Assembly: GCA_030390025.1 (NCBI GenBank)
Contig: JASTWF010000349.1
Span: 62,001 to 126,000 of the forward strand
Direction: 5' to 3'
Source of the DNA: Squalus acanthias
Lineage: Eukaryota
Length of the DNA stretch: 64,000 nt
Shown here: positions 23,901 to 34,800 of the stretch, piece by piece
Layout of the letters: every line of letters starts with the position of its first letter
Numbering within the stretch: position 1 is the first letter of the stretch
The notes under the pieces: generated by a model
Seen by the model: the letters and a program-made list of their open reading frames with translations, nothing else
Database searches by the model: none
What the model was told of the DNA's origin: nothing
Made by a program: the position numbers and the translations under genes

Positions 23901-26900
23901 CTCAGTACTGCACCCCTCGACAATGCAACATTCCCTCAGTACTGTCCCTCCGACAGAGCAACACTCCCTCAGTACTTTCCCTCCGACTGTGCAACACTCC
24001 CTCAGTACTGCCTCGCCGACAGTGCAGCGCTCCCTCAGCACTGCCCCCCCGCAAACAGTGCAGCGCTCCCTCAGTACAGCGACTCGGACAGTGCTGCACT
24101 CCCTCAGTGCTGTCCCTCCGACAGTGCAGCACTCCCTCAGTACTGCCCCTCTAACAGTGCTGCACTCCCTCAGTACTACAACTCCGACAGTGCAGTGCTC
24201 CCTCAGTCGAGCCCCCCGACACTACAGCGCTACCTCAGTACTGCACCCCCCGACAATGCAACAGTCCCTCAGTACTGCTCCTCCGACAGTGCTGCACTCC
24301 TTCAGTAATGTCCCTCCGACAGTGCAGCACTCCCTCAGGACTGCCCCTCCGACAGTGCAGCGCTCCCTCCGTTTTGTCCCTCCGACAGTGCAGTGCTCCC
24401 TCAGAACTGCCCCTCTGACAGTGCAGCCCTCCCTCAGTACTGGCCCTCTGACAGTGCAGCGCTCCCTCAGTACTGCACCTCCGACAGTGCAGCGCTCCCT
24501 CAGCACTGCTCCTCCGACAGTGCAGCACTCCCTCAGTATTGCACCTCCGACAGTGCTGCACTCCCTCAGTACTGTCCCTTCGACAGTGCAGCACTCCCTC
24601 AGTACTGCACCTCCGACAGTGCAGCACTCCCTCAGTACTGCCCCTCCGACAGTGCAGCGCTCCCTCAGTTTTGTCCCTCCGACAGTGCAGCGCTCCCTCA
24701 GTTTTGTCCCTCCGACAGTGCAGCGCTCCCTCAGTACTGCACCTCTGACAGTGCAGCCCTCCCTCAGTACTGCCCCTCTGACAGTGCAGCCCTCCCTCAG
24801 TACTGTCTGTCCGACACAAACACTCCATCAGTACTGCACCTCCGACACAAACACTCCCTCAGTACTGCACCTCCGACAGCGCAACACTCCCTCAGTCGTG
24901 CCCCCCGACACTACAGCGCTACCTCAGTACTACACTCCCCGACAATGCAACACTACCTCAGTACTGCTGCTCCGACAGTGATGCACTCCCTCAGTAATGT
25001 CCCTCCGACAGTGCAGCACTCCCTCAGTACTGCCCCTCTGACAGTGCAGCCCTCCCTCAGTGCTGTCCCTCCGACAGTGCAGTGCTCCCTCAGTACTGCC
25101 CCCTCGACATTGCAACATTCCCACAGTACTCCAACTCCAACAGTGCAGCGCTCCCTCAGTACTGCACCTCCGACAGTACAGCGCTCCCTCAGTACTATCC
25201 CTCCGACAGTGCAGCATTCCCTCAGTACTGCCCCTCCGACAGTGCAGCGCTCCCTCAGTACTGCCCCTCCGACAGTGCAGCATTCCCTCAGTACTGCCCC
25301 TCCGATAGTGCAGCATTCCCTCAGTACTGCCACTCCGACAGTGCAGCGTTCCCTCAGTTTTGTCCCTCCGACAGTGCAGCGCTTCCTCAGTACTGCCCCT
25401 CCGACAGTGCAGCACTCCGTCAGTACTGCACTCCCGACAGTGCAGCGCTCCCTCAGTACTGCCCCTCCGACAGTGCAGCACTCCCTCAGTACTGCCCCTG
25501 CGACAGTGCAGCGCTCCCTCAGTACTGCCCCTCCGACAGTGCAGCGCTCCCTCAGTACTGCTCCTCCGACAGTGCAGCACTCCCTCAGTATTGCACCTCC
25601 GACAGTGCTGCACTCCCTCAGTACTGTCCCTCCGACAGTGCAGCACTCCCTCAGTACTGCCCCTCTGACAGTGCAGCACTCCCTCAGTACTGCACCTCCG
25701 ACAGTGCAGCACTCCCTCAGTACTGCTCCTCTGACAGTGCAGCCCTCCCTCAGTACTGTCTGTACGACACAAACACTCCCTCAGTATTGCACCTCCGACA
25801 CAAACACTACCTCAGTACTGCCCCTCCGACAGCGCAACACTCCCTCAGTCGTGCCCCCCGACACTACCGCGCTACCTCAGTACTGCACCCCCCGACAATG
25901 CAACACTCCCTCAGTACTGCTCCTCCGACAGTGCTGCACTCATTCAGTAATGTCCCTCCGAGAGTGCAGCACTCCCTCAGTACTGCCCCTCTGACAATGC
26001 AGCCCTCCCTCAGTGCTGCCCCTCCGACAGTGCAGCGCTCCCTCAGCACTGCCCCCCCGAGAGTGCAGCGCTCCCTCAGTAATGCCACTCGGACAGTGCA
26101 GCGCTCCCTCAGTTTTGTCCCTCCGACCGTGCAGCCCTCCCTCAGTACTGGCCCTCTGGCAGTGCAGCGCTCCCCCAGTACTGCACCTCCGACAGTGCAG
26201 CGCTCCCTCAGTACTGCTCCTCCGACAGTGCAGCACACCCTCAGTATTGCACCTCCGACAGTGCTGCACTCCCTCAGTACTGTCCCTCCGACAGTGCAGC
26301 ACTCCCTCAGTACTGCCCCTCTGACAGTGCAGCACTCCCTCAGTACTGCACCTCCGACAGTGCAGCACTCCCTCAGCACTGCCCCTCCGACAGTGCAGCC
26401 CTCCCTCAGTACTGTCCCTCCGACAGTGCAGTGCTCCCTCAGTACTGCCCCTCTGACAGTGCAGCACTCCCTCATTACTGCCCCTCCGACAGTGCAGCAC
26501 TCCCTCAGTACTGTACCTCCGACATTGCAACATTCCCCCAGTGCTCCAACTCCGACAGTGCAGCACTCCCTCAGCACTGCCCCTCCGACAGTGCAGCCCT
26601 CCCTCAGTACTGTCCCTCCGACAGTGCAGCACTCCCTCAGTACTGCCCCTCTGACAGTGCAGCCCTCCCTCAGTGCTGTCCCTCCGACAGTGCAGTGCCC
26701 CCTCAGTACTGCCCCCTCGACATTGCAACATTCTCCCAGTACTCCAACTCCAACAGTGCAGCGCTCCCTCAGTACTGCACCTCCGACAGTACAGCGCTCC
26801 CTCAGTACTGTTCCTCCGTCAGTGCAACACTCCCTCGGTACTGCCCCCCCGACAGTGCAGCACTCCCTCAGTACTGTCCCTCCGACTGTGCAACACTCCC

Positions 26901-27325
26901 TCAGTACTACACCTCCGACAGTGCAGCGCTCCCTCAGTACTGCCCCTCCAACAGTGCAGCAATCCCTCAGTACACCACCTCCGACAGTGCAGCGCTCCCT
27001 CAGTACTGCTCCTCCGACAGTGCAGCGCTCCCTCAATACTGGCCCTCCGTCAGTGCAGCACTCCCTCAGTACTGCCCCTACGACAGTGCAGCGCTCCCTC
27101 AGTACTGCCACTCCGAAAGTGCAGCGCTCCCTCAGTTTCGTCCCTCCGACAGTGCAGCCCTGCCTCAGTACTGGCCCTCCGACAGTGCAGCGCTCTCTCA
27201 GCACTGCCCCCCCCGAGAGTGCAGCGCTCCCTCAGTACTGCCACTCGGAGAGTGCAGCGCTCCCTCAGTTTTGTCCCTCCGACCGTGCAGCCCTCCCTCA
27301 GTACTGGCCCTCTGACAGTGCAGCG

Positions 27326-27519
27326 TGTCGTAAGAATGAGCCTTACGCGTGGTGAACTTAAAGTAAGCTTTAATCAACTAAAAAGGTGCTACATACAAAA
27401 GAGGTCTTACTCTATGCCTCTCCAGGATCCAACTGATCAGCCCAGTATTTATCCTGGACTAATCACAGGAAGTGATGCAATAAAGTTCGAGTCACAGGAA
27501 GCTGTATTGTGTTCCCACA
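27326..27519 (-). repeat. 3' LTR (194 bp)
   Basis: Direct repeat of 31610-31803; preceded on the minus strand by the PPT. Confidence 0.96.
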
Positions 27520-27530
27520 TTCTCCCCCCC
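27520..27530 (-). promoter_or_regulatory. Polypurine tract (GGGGGGGAGAA)
   Basis: Purine run abutting the TG start of the 3' LTR on the minus strand. Confidence 0.9.
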
Positions 27531-27581
27531 AAAAGATTTGGAGGCCGGGATGAAGTTCGAGTCACAGGAAGCTGTATTGTG

Positions 27582-30500
27582 TTACCACATTCTCCCTCCA
27601 TTTCGTAGCCGCTGGACGAGGGAGAGCCGCACCCGCTTGGGTTCTCGTAGCAGTAGAGGGCCCCTAGCCCGTTTACCTGCCGCGGGCCGTGGACCAGAGT
27701 CCGAGTGATCCGGCCAGCTCTGTGAGGGGTCAGGACGATCCTGACTGTGTACTGGTGCCCGAACGGGTGTCGGGCAGGGCTGTGGCAGATCCGTTTCCGA
27801 GCGTATGGTACGGGGTGGATCGTGGCTGCGCGTGCGAGCCCCGACGGGCTCATAGTCAGTCTGCCCCAGGTCGGCACGCTGGAGTGAGGTACCAGCCGGC
27901 GTCAGATCCAGATCGTGATGAGAGGCACCTGGCGAGCCCAGAGATGTGCCTGGTACAATATCATCCCCTGGTGTCCCTCTATGTTTCGGCGGGCAGGGAG
28001 CCAGATCCCGCAATGACACGGTAGATTCCCGACCGTCAGGATACCGAATATAGGCGTAGGTAGGGTTGACGTCAGTGAGCTCAACCTCATCTACCAGGGG
28101 GTCATTCTTAGACGCCCGAACATATCTTCGGAGTAGCACTGGTCCCGGTGCAGTCAGCTACGACGGGAGAGATATCCCATAGGATGAGCGACGCTGAAAT
28201 CGGAAGAACCGTTCATGAGGCGTCGTATTTGTGGCGGTCGAAAAGAGGGACCGTGTGGAGTGTAATGCGTCTGGATGTACTGCTTCCCATTGCTGGTTGG
28301 GTAGGCCCCGAGATCTCAAAGCCAGACGTACCGCATTCCAGATGATAGCGTTAAAACGCTCGACTTGCCCATTCCCGACCGGATGATAAGGCGTCGTTCT
28401 GCTGGCAGCAATACCCCATTCCGAGAGATAGGCCTTGAGTTCTCCTGACATAAAAGAAGGGCCCCGATCCGAATGAACATAGGATGCCATGCCACAGAAA
28501 GCAAATACCTGCTCAAGGCAGCTGATAACCGTGGTCGTCAGCATATTGGGGCAGGGAAAGGCAAACGGAAAACGGGAATACTCATCGACCATGGTCAATA
28601 GATAAGTGTTGCGAGTTGAAGAGGGCAACGGCCCCTTAAAATCGATGCTAAGCCGTTGCATTGGCTGGGTCGCATGTATGAGTATACCACCCGAGGGGCG
28701 GAAAAACTGAGGTTTCAATTCCGCACAGACTCTGCAGTCCGAGCACATCTTCTTTACATCCCCGGTAGAGAATGGGAGATTTCGGGACCGCACGAAGTGT
28801 AGCATGCGAGTAACGCCCGGATGACACAACCCATCATGGATGTCTACGAGCGTAGAGGGTGCCATGGCGGAGCAGAATGCTCGTGTGAGGGTATCCGGAG
28901 CCACATTCTCCTTGCCAGGTCGATAGTGGATGGTGTAACCAAAAGAGGCCAATTCCAGCCGCCAAAGCTGGATTTTATTATTTTTAATTTTGGTCCGTTT
29001 TCGATTATCGAGCATGAAGGCGACCGATCGCTGGTCCGTGATTAAGGTAAAGTGCTGGCGAGCTAGGAGATGAGTCCACTTCCGTACTGCCTCTATGATG
29101 GCTGTAGCTTCTTTCTCGACTGGAGGATAATGTAGCTCAGCCCCTTGAAAAGTCCTGGACAAAAATGCCACCGGACGACCTTCCTGATTCAGAGTGGCCG
29201 AGATCGCCACCTCCGAGGCATCACACTCAACAACAAAAGGAAGACTCTCATCGATGGAGTGAAGAGCCGCTTTCTCCAACTGTTTTTTCAGGAGGTTAAA
29301 GGCTGCAACAGCCGCTGTGTCTAGTGGGAATGTGCTGGCCTTCAGTAGAGGTTGGATTCGGTCCGAGAAGTTAGGAATCCATTTAGCATAGTATGCAAAC
29401 AGGCCGAGGGCCCGGCGCAAGGAGGCCGGATTCTTAGGTGGCGGGAGTTCTTGGAGTGGGCGAAGCCTTTCAGGGTCAGGTTTAATGATGCCATTGCCCA
29501 CACAATAGCCAAGGATGTTGATGGTTGGTTGTGACTCAATGGATTTAGCCGCATTTAATGTCAAATTACGGTGCTGGAGTGCATCCCAAAATCGTTGGAG
29601 ATTGGCGTCATGTTCCCGCTGATTGCGACCTGCGACAGTAATATTGTCCAGATAAGGAAACGTATCCTTTAAGTCTTCCTGTTTGACCAGGTCATCCATT
29701 GCTCGCTGGAAGACAGCCACTCCATTAGTGACCCCAAAGGGGAGGCGACGAAATTGATACAGCCGTCCATTGGCTTCAAAGGCCGTATACTGCTTGTCTG
29801 AGACCTTCAAGGGTACCTGATGATAGGCACTTTTCAGATCATATGTTGAGAACACCGTGTACTCAGCCAGTTTATTAACCATATCATCGATGCACGGCAA
29901 TGGGTATGCGTCCAAGTCCGTATATTGATTGATGGTCTGTGAATAGTCAATGCACAGCCGTTTCTTGTGAGGTTGTAGAGGGTTCTTAACAATAACGACC
30001 TGGGCGCGCCATGGCGACGAACAAGGCTCGATGATATCCTCTGCTAAAAGCCGAGAAATCTCAGCCGCAATAAAAGACTGGTCTTCCTGACTGAAACGTC
30101 GTGACTTTGTTATAATCGGTTTGCATCGAGGAGGGATACTGGTAAACAGTGAGGGTTCATCCAGTGAAGCTGCTGACAATGCACAGAACGGTAATCGAGG
30201 TCGTATATTAGAAATAGTGAGTTCAGGTTTGGATCCACCGAACTCAATGGTGAGCTTTTTTGCTGCTTTTGAAAATCTAGCCCCAAGATAAGATCACTAC
30301 ATAAGTCCTTGAGCACCGAAAGCCGGGTGGAGGGATACCTGTGACCATTAAGTGTTATTTCAACCATACAAAAGCCAGAAATTCTGGTATTAAGTGATGA
30401 CTGAGCCATCGCAATTGCCTGGTCCGATGGGAAAACATGTAGCTTTAACTCTGCAACAATCTGTTCCCTAATGAAACTATCAGTGCTACCTGAGTCAATT

Positions 30501-30703
30501 AAGGCATCTAAAGTATGTCCATTAATTGATGCTTTTGTAGCTGCATGGAATAGGTTCTGAGGACAAGCAGCTGTAATTGGTGTCGTTGCACAAAGAGTGG
30601 CTGAAACTCTAGGTGTGTTTCTTCGAGAGAAAACCCGAGAGGAAGCACGATAGATTTTAGCCGGAACATCTTGATAGGCCCTTACCGGGGCAGTTCGGTA
30701 GGA
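27582..30703 (-). pseudogene. pol: pol (aspartic protease, RT, RNase H, integrase) with one frameshift (~30256-30261) and one in-frame TAG (28158-28160)
   Basis: Protease LIDSGS (~30485-30502); RT DLKSAYHQ, LPFGVTN, YLDN; RNase H CDAS..EKEATAI..TDQRS..DTLTR; integrase H-H-C-C, IDFKGP, HSDRG, GQVERFN; IN C-terminus continues in frame past the TAG (PS*LTAPGPVLLRR). Confidence 0.93.
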
Positions 30704-31531
30704 CTAAGCTTGATAAGCCCTCGTAGAGGCTCTTGATAGGCAAACCTTTGCAAAATGACCCTTTTTGTTGCAATGACTGCAAAACGCATTGCGAGCAGGG
30801 CAGAATTTCCGAGGGTGAAACTCATCACCACAAAAGAAGCATTTCTTAGATTGCCAAGAGGCTGCCACAGTGGGGTCATCATCCTCTTCATCAGTGAAGT
30901 CATCAGATTGATCGTCAGGGATAAAGTCCTCCCTAATAGAGTTCACCTGTGGCCTCTTAAATTGCCTGACTGTAGTTAAGGCAGCAGACCGAGGTCTGGG
31001 CACTGTATAAAGGTCTGCATTTCTTTTTGCCAGATCTAGAGAGCAAGCCATGTCATAAGCTCTCTGAAGCTCAAGTGTCTTACTTTCCAGTAGACGCTGG
31101 CGTATAAATGGGGAGGCAAGCCCGCAGATGAAAGCATCACGGATCATTTCTTCACGGTACAGCTCAGCTGAGGCCGCCTGAAAGTTACAGTCCATACTAA
31201 GTCTGCGAAGCTCTTGGAGGAATTTATCAATGGATTCCTCCGGCCCTTGTTGGGCTGTAGCTAGTAGATGTCTGGCATAGACCTCATTCGGTGTCTTAGT
31301 ATATAGTCTTTTAAGCGTCCGAATTGCCTCCTCGTAACTGCCCCATTCCTCGACATACTGAAATACATTCGGGGTGACACAGTTGATGAGTATCCGCAAT
31401 TTTGAGTCATCATCAGCCTTGCAATATTCGAGAAAATTGTCAAACGTGCGATACCAGTGTTTCCACACCTTACCGGCTGCTGGGGTGTTTGGGTTCAAGT
31501 CAAGACGCGATGGTTTAAGGATGTTTTCCAT
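30704..31531 (-). CDS. gag: gag with C-terminal zinc knuckles
   Basis: 275-aa ORF starting just inside the 5' LTR leader; WKHWYRTFDNF, IRDAFICGL, and CFFCGDEFHPRKFCPARNAFCSHCNKKGHFAKVC (CCHC-type double knuckle). Confidence 0.93.
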   Translation of the reverse strand: MENILKPSRLDLNPNTPAAGKVWKHWYRTFDNFLEYCKADDDSKLRILINCVTPNVFQYVEEWGSYEEAIRTLKRLYTKTPNEVYARHLLATAQQGPEESIDKFLQELRRLSMDCNFQAASAELYREEMIRDAFICGLASPFIRQRLLESKTLELQRAYDMACSLDLAKRNADLYTVPRPRSAALTTVRQFKRPQVNSIREDFIPDDQSDDFTDEEDDDPTVAASWQSKKCFFCGDEFHPRKFCPARNAFCSHCNKKGHFAKVCLSRASTRAYQA

Positions 31532-31597
31532 GATGGGTGATTCCCTGGATCCTTAGTTTCGAGTTCGTCCAAAAAGTTTGAGTGCGAAGTTTTTCAA

Positions 31598-31608
31598 AGT
31601 TGATTAAA
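31598..31608 (-). promoter_or_regulatory. Non-tRNA primer-binding site TTTAATCAACT, complementary to LTR positions 31653-31663 (putative self-priming)
   Basis: Begins 1 nt inside the 5' LTR boundary; no TGG; perfect 11-bp inverted match to a site within the LTR. Confidence 0.75.
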
Positions 31609-31609
31609 T

Positions 31610-31803
31610 TGTCGTAAGAATGAGCCTTACGCGTGGTGAACTTAAAGTAAGCTTTAATCAACTAAAAAGGTGCTACATACAAAAGAGGTCTTACTCTATG
31701 CCTCTCCAGGATCCAACTGATCAGCCCAGTATTTATCCTGGACTAATCACAGGAAGTGATGCAATAAAGTTCGAGTCACAGGAAGCTGTATTGTGTTACC
31801 ACA
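31610..31803 (-). repeat. 5' LTR (194 bp)
   Basis: TGTGGTAA...TTACGACA termini on the minus strand (7/8 inverted match); contains ATTAAA on the element strand and two CACAGGAAG motifs. Confidence 0.96.
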
Positions 31804-34800
31804 CAGCGCTCCCTCAGTACTGCACCTCCGACAGTGGAGCGCTCCCTCTGTACTGCTCCTCCGAAAGTGCAGCACTCCCTCAGTATTGCACCTCCGACAG
31901 TGCTGCACTCCCTCAGTACTGTCCCTCCGACAGTGTAGCACTCCCTCAGTACTGCCCCTCTGACAGTGCAGCACTCCCTCAGTACTGCCCCTCCGACAGT
32001 GCAGCACTCCCTCAGTACTGCACCTCCGACAGTGCAGCACTCCCTCAGTACTGCCCGTCCGACAGTGCAGCCGTCCCTCAGTACTGTCCCTCCGACAGTG
32101 CAGTGCTCACTCAGTACTGCCCCTCTGACAGTGCAGCACTCCCTCAGTAATGCCCCTCCGACATTGCAACATTCTCCCAGTACTCCAACTCCGACAGTGT
32201 AGCACTCCCTCAGTACTGTCCCTCCGACAGTGCAGCACTCCCTCAGTACTGTCCCTCCGACAGTGCAGCACTCCCTCAGTACTGCACGTCCGACAGTGCA
32301 GCACTCCCTCAGTACTGCACGTCCGACAGTGCAGCACTCCCTCAGTACTGCCCGTCCGACAGTGCAGCCGTCCCTCAGTACTGTCCTTCCGACAGTGCAG
32401 CACTCCCTCAGTGCTGTCCCTCCAAACAGTGCAGTGCCCCCTCAGTACTGCCCCTCTGACAGTGCAGCACTCCCTCAGTGCTGTCCCTCCGACAGTGCAG
32501 TGCCCCCTCAGTACTGCCCCTCTGACAGTGCAGCACTCCCTCAGTGCTGTCCCTCCGACAGTGCAGTGCCCCCTCAGTACTGCCCCTCTGACAGTGCAGC
32601 ACTCCCTCAGTACTGCCCCCTCGACATTGCAACATTCCCCCAGTACTCCAACTCCAACAGTGCAGCGCTCCCTCAGTACTGCCCCTCCGACAGTGCTGCA
32701 CTCCCTCAGTACTGTCCCTCCGACTGTGCAACACTCCCTCAGTACTGCCCCTCCGACAGTGCAGCCGTCCCTCAGTACTGTCCTTCCGACAGTGCAGCAC
32801 TCCCTCAGTGCTGTCCCTCCAAACAGTGCAGTGCCCCCTCAGTACTGCCCCTCTGACAGTGCAGCACTCCCTCAGTGCTGTCCCTCCGACAGTGCAGTGC
32901 CCCCTCAGTACTGCCCCTCTGACAGTGCAGCACTCCTTCAGTGCTGTCCCTCCGACAGTGCAGTGCCCCCTCAGTACTGCCCCTCTGACAGTGCAGCACT
33001 CCCTCAGTACTGCCCCCTCGACATTGCAACATTCCCCCAGTACTCCAACTCCAACAGTGCAGCGCTCCCTCAGTACTGCCCCTCCGACAGTGCTGCACTC
33101 CCTCAGTACTGTCCCTCCGACAGTGCAGCACTCCCTCAGTACTGTCCCTCCGACTGTGCAACACTCCCTCAGTCCTGCCCCTCCGACAGTGCAGCGCTCC
33201 CTCAGTACTGCCCCTCCGACAGTGCAGCGCTCCCTCAATACTGGCCCTCCGTCAGTGCAGCGCTCCCTCAGTTTCGTCCCTCCGACAGTGCAGCCCTGCC
33301 TCAGTACTGTCCCTCCGACTGTGCAACACTCCCTCAGTACTGCCACTCGGACAGTGCAGCGCTCCCTCAGTTTTGTCCCTTCGAACGTGCAGCCCTCCCT
33401 CAGTACTGCCCCTCTGACAGTGCAGAGCTCCCTCAGTACTGCACCTACGACAGTGCAGCGCTCCCTCTGTACTGCTCCTCCGAAAGTGCAGCACTCCCTC
33501 AGTACTGCCCCTCCGACAGTGCAGCACGCCCTCAGTAATGTACCTCCGACAGTGCAGCACTCCCTCAGTACTGCCCCTCTGACAGTGCAGTGCTCCCTCA
33601 GTCCTGCCCCTCCGACAGTGCAGCACGCCCTCAGTAATGTACCTCCGACAGTGCAGCACTCACTCAGTACTGCCCCTCTGACAGTGCAGCGCTCCCTCAG
33701 TACTGCCCCTCCGACAGTGCAGCACGCCCTCAGTAATGTACCTCCGACATTGCAACATTCCCCCAGTACTCCAAATCCGACAGTGTAGCGCGACCTCAGT
33801 ACTGTCCCTCCGACAGTGCAGCACTCCCTCAGTACTGCCCCTCTGACAGTGCAGCCCTCCCTCAGTGCTGTCCCTCCGACAGTGCAGTGCCCCCTCAGTA
33901 CTGCCCCCTCGACATTGCAACATTCCCCCAGTACTCCAAATCCAACAGTGGAGCGCTCCCTCAGTACTGCACCTCCGACAGTACAGCGCTCCCTCAGTAC
34001 TGTCCCTCCGACAGTGCAACCCTCCCTCAGTACTGCCCCCCGACAGTGCAGCACTCCTTCAGTACTGTCCCTCCGACTGTGCAACACTCCCTCAGTACTG
34101 CCCCTCCGACAGTGTAGCACTCCCTCAGTACTGCCCCTCTGACAGTGCAGCACTCCCTCAGTACTGCCCCTCCGACAGTGCAGCACTCCCTCAGTACTGC
34201 ACCTCCGACAGTGCAGCACTCCCTCAGTACTGCCCGTCCGACAGTGCAGCCGTCCCTCAGTACTGTCCCTCCGACAGTGCAGTGCTCACTCAGTACTGCC
34301 CCTCTGACAGTGCAGCACTCCCTCAGTAATGCCCCTCCGACATTGCAACATTCTCCCAGTACTCCAACTCCGACAGTGTAGCACTCCCTCAGTACTGTCC
34401 CTCCGACAGTGCAGCACTCCCTCAGTACTGTCCCTCCGACAGTGCAGCACTCCCTCAGTACTGCACGTCCGACAGTGCAGCACTCCCTCAGTACTGCACG
34501 TCCGACAGTGCAGCACTCCCTCAGTACTGCCCGTCCGACAGTGCAGCCGTCCCTCAGTACTGTCCTTCCGACAGTGCAGCACTCCCTCAGTGCTGTCCCT
34601 CCAAACAGTGCAGTGCCCCCTCAGTACTGCCCCTCTGACAGTGCAGCACTCCCTCAGTGCTGTCCCTCCGACAGTGCAGTGCCCCCTCAGTACTGCCCCT
34701 CTGACAGTGCAGCACTCCCTCAGTGCTGTCCCTCCGACAGTGCAGTGCCCCCTCAGTACTGCCCCTCTGACAGTGCAGCACTCCCTCAGTACTGCCCCCT

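Larger units (their letters stand above)
27326..31803 (-). mobile_element. Full-length Ty3/Gypsy LTR retrotransposon (Mag-like Gag), 4478 bp, 5-bp TSD CAGCG
   Basis: Two 194-bp TG..CA LTRs differing at one base; TSD at 27321-27325 and 31804-31808; gag-PR-RT-RH-IN order on the minus strand; PPT next to the left LTR. Confidence 0.97.

Noticed and set aside
30674..30700. H-type pseudoknot after the gag stop (GCCC in loop pairing with downstream GGGC)
   Set aside because: Only 1 nt links stem 1 to the second pairing strand, which is sterically implausible; kept only as a simple stem-loop.
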